NCBI GenBank assembly: GCA_964584995.1
Contig: CAZPCA010000002.1
Span: 1 to 49,514 of the forward strand
Origin: an uncultured Bifidobacterium sp.
GTDB lineage: Bacteria; Bacteroidota; Bacteroidia; AKYH767-A; OLB10
DNA length: 49,514 bases
Direction: 5' to 3'
Under the pieces are notes generated by a model that saw nothing but the letters and a program-made list of their open reading frames with translations, was not told where the DNA came from and did not search any database. How positions within the stretch are numbered: position 1 is the stretch's first letter; each line of letters opens with the position of its first letter. Position numbers and translations under genes: made by a program. This document shows positions 28,220 through 37,381 of this stretch, one piece after another.

Positions 28220-29293
28220 CTAAGTACCCGAAAAAGCGGTCATCATCTCTTCAGCCTTGGCGACCATATTGCTGGAGCCAATAAACAAGGGTGTGCGTTG
28301 ATGGAGCGATTCGGGCTGAATTTCAAGAATCCGGTTTTTCCCATCGGAAGCTTTCCCTCCGGCCTGCTCGATAATATAAGCGAGCGGATTGCATTCGTAC
28401 AGGAGACGTAGCTTCCCATTGACTGCCTTTCCAGTAGAGGGGTAAATATAAATTCCGCCCTTGATCAGATTCCGATGAAAATCGGCTACCAGAGAGCCGA
28501 TATAACGGGTGGAGTAAGGCCGTTTGCTGGCCTTGTCCTCTTCCTGACAGAAACGAATGTATTCTTTGACACCTTCCGGGAAGTGTTTGTAATTCCCTTC
28601 GTTGAGACTGTAAATAGCTCCATCGTCAGGAATTCGCATATCCGGGTGGGATAAACAAAACTCTCCGATGGAGGGATCCAATGTAAAGCCGTTCACGCCT
28701 TTACCGGTAGTATAAACCAGCATGGTGCTTGAGCCATAAATAACGTACCCGGCCGCTACCTGCTCTGTTCCTTTTTGCAGAAAGTCATCGAGTGCAGTTG
28801 GACTGGACACTTCCGCCTTACGGCGATAGATGGAGAAAATAGTCCCGATGCTCACGTTGACGTCGATGTTGGAGGAGCCGTCGAGAGGATCCATGCAGAC
28901 TACATAGCGGGCATTTTTGGCCACCTTGCTATCGATGGTGATTAGGTCTTCGTTTTCCTCAGATGCGATGGCAATACACTCTCCGCCCGCTCCCAGCGCC
29001 TTGATGAATTGTTCGTTGGCGAAAACATCCAGCTTCTTCTGCTCCTCCCCCTGCACATTGGTATCCCCGAAATCGCCGAGGATATCCGCAAGGCCGGCTT
29101 TATTGACTTCGCGGTTCACGATTTTAGCGGCAATGCCGATATCCCGCAGCAATCGGCTCAACTCACCTTTTGCATAGGGGAAATCTGCCTGACGTTCGAT
29201 GATAAACTGACCGAGAGTGATGAAGCGCCTGGAAGGCGTATGCGTTTGTATCTCTGTATTCACAGAAGCAAATATACTGAACCGGTCCTGCAT
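28220..29293 (-). CDS. fbp: Class 1 fructose-1,6-bisphosphatase
   Basis: The N-terminal [10 protein letters not shown]...[15 protein letters not shown], the [14 protein letters not shown] block and the KLRLLYE motif are typical of type I FBPase. Confidence 0.93.
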   Translation of the reverse strand: MQDRFSIFASVNTEIQTHTPSRRFITLGQFIIERQADFPYAKGELSRLLRDIGIAAKIVNREVNKAGLADILGDFGDTNVQGEEQKKLDVFANEQFIKALGAGGECIAIASEENEDLITIDSKVAKNARYVVCMDPLDGSSNIDVNVSIGTIFSIYRRKAEVSSPTALDDFLQKGTEQVAAGYVIYGSSTMLVYTTGKGVNGFTLDPSIGEFCLSHPDMRIPDDGAIYSLNEGNYKHFPEGVKEYIRFCQEEDKASKRPYSTRYIGSLVADFHRNLIKGGIYIYPSTGKAVNGKLRLLYECNPLAYIIEQAGGKASDGKNRILEIQPESLHQRTPLFIGSSNMVAKAEEMMTAFSGT

Positions 29294-29388
29294 CTGTCAT
29301 GGCTTTTGGAAAATCCTCAACCGGTCTCTGTTTAAAATTCTACCGAAACAGACAAAAAGAGGAAGTGGGGATAGTATAATCTTGTGGT

Positions 29389-30615
29389 ATGACCACCTCC
29401 TATCCGAAAGACAAGCTGAAAATATTGCTACTGGAAAATATCCACCCTGCAGCCATCCGCTTACTTCAAAAATCCGGCTATGCCGATATCGAAACCCTTC
29501 CGGGTGCAGTCCATGAAAAAGAACTCCTGGAACGCATAGGGAAAGTACATATCCTCGGCATCAGGTCAAAAACGCAGGTCACGGAAAACATCTTGAAGAA
29601 GGCGGATAAACTGATGGCCATAGGCGCTTTTTGTATCGGTACTAATCAAATCAACATGCGGGCAGCCCGAAACCAGGGTGTTGCTGTTTTTAATTCGCCC
29701 TTTTCCAATACGCGCTCGGTAGCCGAACTGGTCCTGGGGCTCTGCATTATGCTGATGCGCAGAGTATTTGAAAAAAGCGAAGGCGCACACAGGGGACTGT
29801 GGCTCAAGGAGAGCAAGGATTGCTACGAAGTGCGGGGTAAAACGTTGGGGATTGTCGGATACGGTCACATCGGTTCACAGGTTTCCATCCTGGCAGAGGC
29901 TTTGGGTATGAAAGTCATTTTCTATGATATCACCTCGAAATTGACCCTTGGCAATGCCCAGTCAAGCCGTACGCTCGATGATCTGCTGAAAAAATCCGAC
30001 ATCATCACCCTGCATGTACCCGGCACGCCCGAAACAAAAAACCTGATAAACAGCCAGCGATTGAAAAAGTTGAAACCGGGCGCTGTCCTGATCAATCTAA
30101 GCCGCGGCGACGTGATGGACGTATGGGCAGTGAAAGAAGCATTGGAAAAAAAGCACCTCGGCGGATTGGCAGTTGACGTATTTCCGGAAGAACCCAAGAG
30201 TAACAAAGACCTCTTCGCCTCCCCCTTACAGGGACTTCCCAATGTGATCCTGACGCCGCACATCGGAGGGAGCACAGTGGAAGCCCAGGAAGCGATCGGC
30301 CTGGATGTCGCTGAAAAATTAGTCGCCTACACCGAAAGCGGCACAAGTGCCGGTTCTCTGAGTGTTCCGGATTTGAGTTTGCCTGTGGTAGACAATGCAC
30401 ATCGGATTTTGCATATCCATAGGAATGTTCCCGGAGTTCTCTCTTCCATCAACGGGGTGCTTTCAAAAATGAAAGTGAACATTCTTGGCCAATACCTGAA
30501 GACCAACGAAGAAATCGGTTATGTGGTCCTTGATATCGATAAAAAGAGCAGTACAAAGGTGATGGCCGAGATGAAAAAAGTCAATAACACCATCCGGACC
30601 CGCAGCCTCTACTGA
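29389..30615 (+). CDS. serA: D-3-phosphoglycerate dehydrogenase (with C-terminal ACT domain)
   Basis: 408 aa. From memory, it appears colinear with E. coli SerA (KILLLENIH, AIGAFCIGTNQI, NSPFSNTRSVAELV, GIVGYGHIGSQV, TPHIGGST, HIHRNVPGVL, YVVLDID). Confidence 0.95.
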   Translation: MTTSYPKDKLKILLLENIHPAAIRLLQKSGYADIETLPGAVHEKELLERIGKVHILGIRSKTQVTENILKKADKLMAIGAFCIGTNQINMRAARNQGVAVFNSPFSNTRSVAELVLGLCIMLMRRVFEKSEGAHRGLWLKESKDCYEVRGKTLGIVGYGHIGSQVSILAEALGMKVIFYDITSKLTLGNAQSSRTLDDLLKKSDIITLHVPGTPETKNLINSQRLKKLKPGAVLINLSRGDVMDVWAVKEALEKKHLGGLAVDVFPEEPKSNKDLFASPLQGLPNVILTPHIGGSTVEAQEAIGLDVAEKLVAYTESGTSAGSLSVPDLSLPVVDNAHRILHIHRNVPGVLSSINGVLSKMKVNILGQYLKTNEEIGYVVLDIDKKSSTKVMAEMKKVNNTIRTRSLY

Positions 30616-30650
30616 TGCCACTGCGCGGTCGGAAAAAGTGACAATGTTGA

Positions 30651-31370
30651 CTATACCGCTCGCAGTTCCTCTTTGTACAATCGGATGGTTTCCTTCAAGC
30701 CCATGTACAAGGCATCACTGATCAGTGCATGCCCTATGCTGACCTCCAGCAATTGAGGGATGTGCTGCTGGAAGTAGCGTAGATTTTGCAGGTTCAGGTC
30801 GTGTCCGGCATTCACCCCCAGCCCGAGTTCATTCGCTTTGATTGCAGCGCGGATGTAAGGCGCCAGGGCGAGGACCGGATTTTCAGCATACAGGGCTGCA
30901 TACGATTCCGTGTACAATTCTATCCGATCGGCACCGGTAGCTTTGGCAGCTTCAATGATAGTTTCATCAGGATCCGTGAAAAGGCTGACTCTGCAACCAA
31001 AGGATTTCAACCTGCCTGTCACTTCCGCCAGAAAAGCCTGGTGATGGAGAGTATCCCATCCGGCATTGGAAGTGAGAACTCCGGGTGGATCGGGAACCAG
31101 TGTGACCTGCTCCGGACGAATATCCTCTATCAATTTTATAAACTGCTCAGAGGGATATCCTTCAATATTGAACTCCGTGGTGACCACTTTTTTCAGTGCA
31201 TATACATCCGCATACCGGATGTGTCGTTCATCCGGACGAGGGTGCACCGTAATACCATCTGCCCCAAATCCTTCGATATCTCTGGCTGCCTGGACAAGAT
31301 CGGGAATATCCCCCCCACGAGCATTGCGAAGGGTCGCAATCTTGTTGATATTAACGCTCAGCTTTGTCAT
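30651..31370 (-). CDS. pdxJ: Pyridoxine 5'-phosphate synthase
   Basis: [38 protein letters not shown] and NAGHDLN motifs; 239 aa. Confidence 0.95.
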   Translation of the reverse strand: MTKLSVNINKIATLRNARGGDIPDLVQAARDIEGFGADGITVHPRPDERHIRYADVYALKKVVTTEFNIEGYPSEQFIKLIEDIRPEQVTLVPDPPGVLTSNAGWDTLHHQAFLAEVTGRLKSFGCRVSLFTDPDETIIEAAKATGADRIELYTESYAALYAENPVLALAPYIRAAIKANELGLGVNAGHDLNLQNLRYFQQHIPQLLEVSIGHALISDALYMGLKETIRLYKEELRAV

Positions 31371-31565
31371 TTTGCTGCAAGATTAAGGACTTAGTTTGAT
31401 TTTTCAGACTGCATGGCATAGTATTTACAGCTGTTCAAAAGTACAAAGCAGTGATGCAGGCGAAAAACAAGCCTTCCAAACTTATCCTTCAAAATGAAAG
31501 ATTGTTATAAGTTTGTCCGGAACCCGCGTTAAGGCAGAAACGTATCATCGCGAAAAGAAAAAAAC

Positions 31566-32228
31566 ATGTTTGCAGCAAGACTCGTAACAGACTCCTTACC
31601 TCCTCTCAAACCGGGTGACTCATGCAGCCGTGCCCTCATATGGATGGACGAACTGAGAGTCAATGCCTTACCTGTTATTAAAGGTAGGGAATATTTGGGG
31701 CTGGTCTACAAATCAGATGTAAAAAGCCCTGAGCTAGCCACTACCTCTCTTGCCGATGCAGGCATCAAGTTCCACAGGGTGTTTGTCTTCGAAAACCAGC
31801 ACGTGTATGATTTGACCAAAGTAGCCACCCTGCATAAATTGGACGTAGTACCCGTAATCAATGACCACCAGGAATATACGGGACTGGTCACTGTCAACGA
31901 CCTTGTTTCCTACTTCGCAGAAAGCAAAAGTGTTTACACGCCCGGAGGCATCATCATACTTGAGTTGGCCCTGAATGATTTTTCCATGACGCATATCGCC
32001 CAGGTGGTGGAATCCGATGGTGCACATATCCTTAGCTCGAGCGTGTCGGCAACCCCCGACCCCACCCGCATCGAACTTACACTGAAGATCGACAAAGTAG
32101 ACCTCAGCAGGATTTTGTCTGCCTTTTTTCGTCTCGATTACCATGTAGTGGCTTCCTACCATCAAAGCGAACACAACGACGACCTCAAAAACAGGTACGA
32201 ATCCCTTATGAATTATCTCAACATTTGA
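31566..32228 (+). CDS. CBS domain-containing protein
   Basis: 220 aa with two CBS-like beta-alpha-beta-beta-alpha segments (LPVIKGREYLGLV and VPVINDHQEYTGLVTVNDL). It holds the conserved slot next to pdxJ in Bacteroidota. Confidence 0.7.
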   Translation: MFAARLVTDSLPPLKPGDSCSRALIWMDELRVNALPVIKGREYLGLVYKSDVKSPELATTSLADAGIKFHRVFVFENQHVYDLTKVATLHKLDVVPVINDHQEYTGLVTVNDLVSYFAESKSVYTPGGIIILELALNDFSMTHIAQVVESDGAHILSSSVSATPDPTRIELTLKIDKVDLSRILSAFFRLDYHVVASYHQSEHNDDLKNRYESLMNYLNI

Positions 32229-32290
32229 TGGTTGGTTAATTCATTGCATCCTTTTGGGCATCGCCCGATCTTTTGGTTTACTTCGTGTAT

Positions 32291-33697
32291 ATGCGCTACT
32301 TCCTGACAGTTATTTCGGCATGCCTTATTGCTGGCTTGTGTAGCGCACAGGAATTGAGGGATAGCATTCAGCCCCTGCCCTCCTGCATTGAGCAGATAGT
32401 GATCACCGGAAACAACCGCACCCGTTTATTCATCGTCGAACGCGAACTCACCTTTCACAAGGGCGATACACTACCAGTATTCATCCTTGAATCGGCATTC
32501 GAGAGGAGCCGTCAAAACCTGATGAACACCGCGCTGTTCAATTTTGTGGAGATCAGGTATTTTCAGGGAATTGGCCAAAATGTCGTCGTACACATCCATC
32601 TCACCGAGCGATGGTACCTATGGCCTTCGCCTGTATTTGAGATTGCAGACAGAAATATCAACGAATGGTGGCAGACGAAAGACTTTTCCAGGACCAATTT
32701 CGGACTTTTTTTACGCCAGGAAAACTTCACGGGGCGCGATGATATCGCACAGGCACAAGCACTGTTCGGCTACACACGAAGGATCGGACTCTTTTACAGC
32801 ATACCTTATATCAACAAAAAATTGGACCTCGGACTCAGTGTAGGATTCTATACAACGCGACTCAAAGAAACATCCTACAACACCGAGGGAAACAAATTGC
32901 AATTTTTCAGCAATCCCGAAAGTTTCGTCCGGGAAGAAATGCAATTTTATACAAGACTGACCAAACGCAAGGGGCTTTACAAATTTTATAACACAACCAT
33001 CGACTATAAGTATGCACAGGTTGCCGATTCCGTTTTGAAATTAAATGATAAGTATTTTAATAACGGATTGGATTATCAGCAACACATCGGCATAAGCTGG
33101 AATTACCGTTTCGACAACCGCGATTATCAGCCCTATGCCCTGCGCGGTTGGTTGTACGAAATTGAAGTCAACAAAACCGGACTGGGCCTACTGAAAAACG
33201 AGCCCGACATCTGGGCCATTGTGATGGGAGTACGGCACTACAGGCCGATAAGGAAAAATCTGTACTGGGGCTCTGCTATCAAAACACGACTGATGCAACG
33301 CCGTAGTGTACCGCTATACAATCAACGCGCGCTCGGTTACAGCAACGACTATATCAGAGGCTATGACTTGTACGTGATGAATGGTCAGGATTTCGTCCTT
33401 TTCCGCAGCAATGTGCGCTACAACCTACTGACGACGAGAACTTATCAGGTCAATTTTCTGAAATCAGACAAGTTTCGCAAACTGCCTTTATCGGTGTTTC
33501 TTACCGCCTTTGCGGATGCAGGCTATGTCAACGACCCGCTGTTTGCCGATCAAAATCCGCTGAACAACACGCTACAGTACGGATACGGGCTGAGTATCGA
33601 TGCAGTAACCTACTATGACATCGTAATGCGCTTTGAATATGCCTTTAACCGTGTCGGCGACCAGGGGCTTTATTTTCGGCTGGGAACGGTTTTTTAA
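32291..33697 (+). CDS. Omp85/BamA-family outer-membrane protein (single POTRA-like domain plus beta-barrel)
   Basis: Signal peptide MRYFLTVISACLIAGLCSAQ and a POTRA-like IEQIVITGNNRTRLFIVERELTFHKGD. The barrel carries the IRGYD motif and a C-terminal ...YFRLGTVF. The ATG at 32291 is preferred over the TTG at 32273. Confidence 0.75.
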   Translation: MRYFLTVISACLIAGLCSAQELRDSIQPLPSCIEQIVITGNNRTRLFIVERELTFHKGDTLPVFILESAFERSRQNLMNTALFNFVEIRYFQGIGQNVVVHIHLTERWYLWPSPVFEIADRNINEWWQTKDFSRTNFGLFLRQENFTGRDDIAQAQALFGYTRRIGLFYSIPYINKKLDLGLSVGFYTTRLKETSYNTEGNKLQFFSNPESFVREEMQFYTRLTKRKGLYKFYNTTIDYKYAQVADSVLKLNDKYFNNGLDYQQHIGISWNYRFDNRDYQPYALRGWLYEIEVNKTGLGLLKNEPDIWAIVMGVRHYRPIRKNLYWGSAIKTRLMQRRSVPLYNQRALGYSNDYIRGYDLYVMNGQDFVLFRSNVRYNLLTTRTYQVNFLKSDKFRKLPLSVFLTAFADAGYVNDPLFADQNPLNNTLQYGYGLSIDAVTYYDIVMRFEYAFNRVGDQGLYFRLGTVF

Positions 33698-33745
33698 GCC
33701 GACAGGCAGAAATGAGTTATTGCAAAACCACGTACCTTCGTTGGA

Positions 33746-34624
33746 ATGAAGGTTGCTCTCTATGCCCGGCGTATAGACCCCGGTAACTTGCCTCTGGTCA
33801 GAAGCATTTTACATGAATTGGCTCGCCACGATTGCCAGGTATTTGTTTACCAACCCTTTTTGCATCAGCTTCGTTCGCTGGGTTCTGAAATTAGCGGCCT
33901 GATTCCATTCAATACAGGGTCGGAAATACACGGAAAAATCGACTTCCTTTTGAGTCTTGGAGGGGATGGAACGATCCTTGACACCCTGACCCTGGTCCAG
34001 GATAGCAACATTCCTGTACTGGGTATCAACACCGGTCGTCTAGGATTTTTAACCGGTGTGGGTACGGAAGACATTGCTGCAGCTTTGGAATCGCTTGTGA
34101 AAGGTCACTACACCATCGACAAGAGAAGCCTGCTTCGGCTTGAGTCCAACAGGAACCTGTTCGGCGGCGTGAATTATGCGTTGAATGAACTCACTATCCA
34201 CAAGAAGGATAGCTCGAGTATGATCATCATCAATACATTCCTGAACGGAGAGTATCTGAATTCCTACTGGGCAGACGGGCTCATCGTGGCCACACCAACC
34301 GGCTCTACCGGGTATTCGCTCAGTTGCGGAGGACCCATTGTGGCTCCCTATTCGGACAATTTCGTCATCACCCCGATTGCCCCGCACAACCTCAATGTCC
34401 GCCCTATAGTCGTTTCCGATAAGCATGTCATTTCTCTGGAAGTGGAGGGGAGAAGCCCATATTTCCTGGCTTCCCTCGACTCACGATCCGTGACCATCGA
34501 CTCAGCTATATCCCTGGCAATCAGGAGAGAAGACTTCAACATGAACCTGGTCCGCCTGGGCAGCTCCAATTTCCTGGATACCCTGCGAAAAAAACTCAAC
34601 TGGGGCCTCGACACCCGAAATTAG
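33746..34624 (+). CDS. nadK: NAD(+) kinase
   Basis: GGDGT motif (SLGGDGTILD), the NxG.LGFL motif and the ATPTGSTGYSLS block; 292 aa. Confidence 0.95.
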   Translation: MKVALYARRIDPGNLPLVRSILHELARHDCQVFVYQPFLHQLRSLGSEISGLIPFNTGSEIHGKIDFLLSLGGDGTILDTLTLVQDSNIPVLGINTGRLGFLTGVGTEDIAAALESLVKGHYTIDKRSLLRLESNRNLFGGVNYALNELTIHKKDSSSMIIINTFLNGEYLNSYWADGLIVATPTGSTGYSLSCGGPIVAPYSDNFVITPIAPHNLNVRPIVVSDKHVISLEVEGRSPYFLASLDSRSVTIDSAISLAIRREDFNMNLVRLGSSNFLDTLRKKLNWGLDTRN

Positions 34625-34702
34625 TTGACGGATCCGTACCTATTCCAAGTTTGAATTACAGGTAAAATAGTACATTTGCATTCAGCCCTTACCCTATTCC
34701 GT

Positions 34703-35626
34703 ATGAAGAAAAAGCTACTCCTATTCTCTATGCTTCTGCTGGCATTCAGTTCAGTCAGTGAAGCGCAAAGGTTGCGTGCACGCTGGAAAGCATACCGGTA
34801 TGAATGGAGTTTCGGTTTAGGGGCGAGCAACTTTCTCGGAGAACTGGGCGGGGCCAATGCCATAGGAACCAATGGCCTTAAAGACTTGGAATTTAGTCTT
34901 ACCAGGCCTGCCGTGAGTGTTGGGCTTCGCTACAAAATAGCACCTGCTTTCTCCGTACACTCCCACCTCACCTATGGTCACGTGAAAGGAGACGATAAAC
35001 TCACGAAAGAGTTTTTCAGAAGCAACAGGAACTTAAACTTCAAATCGAACATCTACGAGTTCAATGTAAATTTCGAGGCTGCTTTGTTATCGCAAAGTCA
35101 AGGTGGAATTTACCGCCTTCGCGGGGTAAAGAGAATGAATACGTTCGAAGGATCGCTGTACGGGTTCGTAGGCATCGGTGTATTCCATTTCAACCCGAAA
35201 GGCTTCTACAACGACGAGTGGTATGAATTGCAACCAATAGGCACTGAAGGTCAGGGTATTTCACCCGCCCGCGAGAAATATAAGCGAACTCAACTTTGTA
35301 TTCCCATGGGGATAGGCGGGCGTTACTATTTCAATCGCAGATGGGGCGTAGGTTTTGAACTCGGCATCAGGAAAACATTCACCGATTACATTGATGACGT
35401 CAGTAAAACATATTACGATAAAAGTCTCATAATCGCCGCGAATCCTTCCATGGATCCCAATGTAGTCGCCAACCTGGTGGACCCAAGCCTTTCCGGCAAT
35501 GATGCCAACATAACGGCACCGGGACAGCAGAGGGGTGACCCCAGAGACAATGATTCGTACATGTTTGCCATTATCAGTCTGCATTACAAGATCAGAACAG
35601 GCCGTACCAATTTCCCGATTTTCTAA
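34703..35626 (+). CDS. DUF6089-like outer-membrane beta-barrel protein (paralog 1)
   Basis: Signal peptide MKKKLLLFSMLLLAFSSVSEAQ. Blocks shared with the next gene: W(Y/V)(E/A)LQP(I/L)GTEGQG, FTDYIDDVS/YTDYLDDVS, and QRGD followed by a terminal beta strand. It lies upstream of uppS. Confidence 0.7.
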   Translation: MKKKLLLFSMLLLAFSSVSEAQRLRARWKAYRYEWSFGLGASNFLGELGGANAIGTNGLKDLEFSLTRPAVSVGLRYKIAPAFSVHSHLTYGHVKGDDKLTKEFFRSNRNLNFKSNIYEFNVNFEAALLSQSQGGIYRLRGVKRMNTFEGSLYGFVGIGVFHFNPKGFYNDEWYELQPIGTEGQGISPAREKYKRTQLCIPMGIGGRYYFNRRWGVGFELGIRKTFTDYIDDVSKTYYDKSLIIAANPSMDPNVVANLVDPSLSGNDANITAPGQQRGDPRDNDSYMFAIISLHYKIRTGRTNFPIF

Positions 35627-35710
35627 TTGGCGAGGCTTACGCCCAATCAGATTGGATATACCGGACTTTGTAAAATTTATTCCAGGCTATTGCGTTGTGT
35701 AGTCGGCCCT

Positions 35711-36553
35711 ATGAAAATCCTAAGATTCGCACTTCCCTTCGTATTGCTCCTACCAGCCCTTTCCTTCGGCCAATCTCGGGAGGCGGGTCTTATGGTTGGA
35801 GTCATGGGCTACAAAGGAGACCTGGACCCTAACATCTACGATACACGTTTTTTGGACCCCGGCATCGGATTGATATACCGAAGGTGTTACAGCAACCATT
35901 GGGCATTCAAGGCAGGTGCCAGTTACGGGCACGTGAGTGCGAGCGATGAAAAAGCAGATAACGAGTGGGCAAAAAACCGAAATCTGCAGTTCAGGTCTTC
36001 AATACTGGAGCTCAGCGGCCAGTTTGAATTCAACTTCTTTCCCTATCAGACCGCCAGTCCGTTTGCCAAATTCAGTCCTTATTTATTAGCAGGGTACTCA
36101 CTTTTTCATTACAACCCCAAAGCCGAAATCAACGGCGAATGGGTTGCGCTTCAACCACTTGGTACTGAGGGGCAAGGAACCTCGGCCAATCCGGATGAAC
36201 GAAAATACCGAAGAACAACCCTGGCCTTCACTTACGGCGGAGGGTTCAAAATCAGGTTATCCAGAAGATTCGGCTGTACGCTGGAAACAGCTGTTCGGCA
36301 GACTTATACAGACTACCTGGACGATGTGAGCACAGTCTATGCAGACCCCTTAGCCATACGGAAAGAGTATGGTAAAACCGCCGCAGCGCTGAGCGACCGA
36401 TCATTGGAAAAGGATCCCGGTGGCAACATTGGCCGTCAGAGAGGGGATAGAAAGAAACGGGACTTTTATGTTTTCACCGGTATTCAAATCACCTATACTT
36501 TGTCTAAAAAATACATAGACAGTTGCCAGCCATTCAGAATCAAACTCTGGTAA
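35711..36553 (+). CDS. DUF6089-like outer-membrane beta-barrel protein (paralog 2)
   Basis: Signal peptide MKILRFALPFVLLLPALSFGQ and the same conserved blocks as paralog 1. The ATG at 35711 is preferred over the longer ORF. Confidence 0.7.
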   Translation: MKILRFALPFVLLLPALSFGQSREAGLMVGVMGYKGDLDPNIYDTRFLDPGIGLIYRRCYSNHWAFKAGASYGHVSASDEKADNEWAKNRNLQFRSSILELSGQFEFNFFPYQTASPFAKFSPYLLAGYSLFHYNPKAEINGEWVALQPLGTEGQGTSANPDERKYRRTTLAFTYGGGFKIRLSRRFGCTLETAVRQTYTDYLDDVSTVYADPLAIRKEYGKTAAALSDRSLEKDPGGNIGRQRGDRKKRDFYVFTGIQITYTLSKKYIDSCQPFRIKLW

Positions 36554-36628
36554 CCGTTAATAGGCGGTTAAACATCCATTATTAACGAATAAAGGCGAGC
36601 GCATTTATTACATTTGCGCTCCCCAACC

Positions 36629-37381
36629 ATGTCTTTAAAGGAACAAATAGACCTCACCCGCCTTCCGAGGCACGTCGCCGTCATCATGGATGGGAACGGG
36701 CGTTGGGCCAAACAACAGGGCAAGATCCGTACGTTCGGTCATCAAAGCGGAGTAACTGCTGTTCGGGATACCGTTGAAGGAGCCGCCGAATTGGGCATTG
36801 AAGTGCTGACCATGTATGCTTTCAGCACGGAGAACTGGAACCGTCCGAAATACGAAGTGGATGCTTTGATGCACTTGCTTGTACAGACCATTTCCAAGGA
36901 GACCGAAACGCTGATGAAGAATGACATCCGGCTGGCGACCATCGGCGACATGAACAGCCTGCCTGCCAATGTAGCAAGGAATCTGAAAAAGTGCATTGAG
37001 AAAACGGCAGATAATAAAAGAATGACCTTGGTTCTTGCTTTAAGTTATAGTTCAAGGTGGGAAATCACGCATGCTGTTCGAACCATAGCTGCCGAAGTGC
37101 AGTCAGGCGCATTGCAGCCGGATGACATCAGCGAAAAACTGATCAGTGCGCACCTCAACACCGCCCAGTGGCCTGATCCGGAACTTTTAATACGTACGAG
37201 CGGTGAGGCGAGAATCAGCAATTACCTGCTCTGGCAAATCGCGTATGCAGAACTGTACTTTACTCAAAAGCTCTGGCCGGATTTTCGTCGCGAAGACCTC
37301 TACGAAGCAGTGCTGGACTATCAAAAACGGGAAAGAAGATTCGGTAAAACATCTGAGCAATTGAAATCGTCGCATGCGTAA
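36629..37381 (+). CDS. uppS: Isoprenyl transferase (undecaprenyl diphosphate synthase)
   Basis: [22 protein letters not shown] and the RTSGE.R.SN(Y/F)LLWQ motif. About 250 aa from the ATG at 36629. Confidence 0.95.
   Translation: MSLKEQIDLTRLPRHVAVIMDGNGRWAKQQGKIRTFGHQSGVTAVRDTVEGAAELGIEVLTMYAFSTENWNRPKYEVDALMHLLVQTISKETETLMKNDIRLATIGDMNSLPANVARNLKKCIEKTADNKRMTLVLALSYSSRWEITHAVRTIAAEVQSGALQPDDISEKLISAHLNTAQWPDPELLIRTSGEARISNYLLWQIAYAELYFTQKLWPDFRREDLYEAVLDYQKRERRFGKTSEQLKSSHA

Noticed and set aside
34628-34637. The palindrome ACGGATCCGT just after nadK, plus other 6-7-bp stems after 18401 and 36553, considered as terminators.
   Set aside because: The stems are too short or AT-poor in the tail and have no convincing U-run, so they do not rise above chance expectation.
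35530-36450. RGD tripeptides (QRGD) in both DUF6089-like paralogs, considered as possible integrin-binding motifs.
   Set aside because: A tripeptide is too short to be meaningful. It is part of a larger conserved block, probably structural, in periplasm or outer-membrane proteins of an apparently free-living gliding bacterium.
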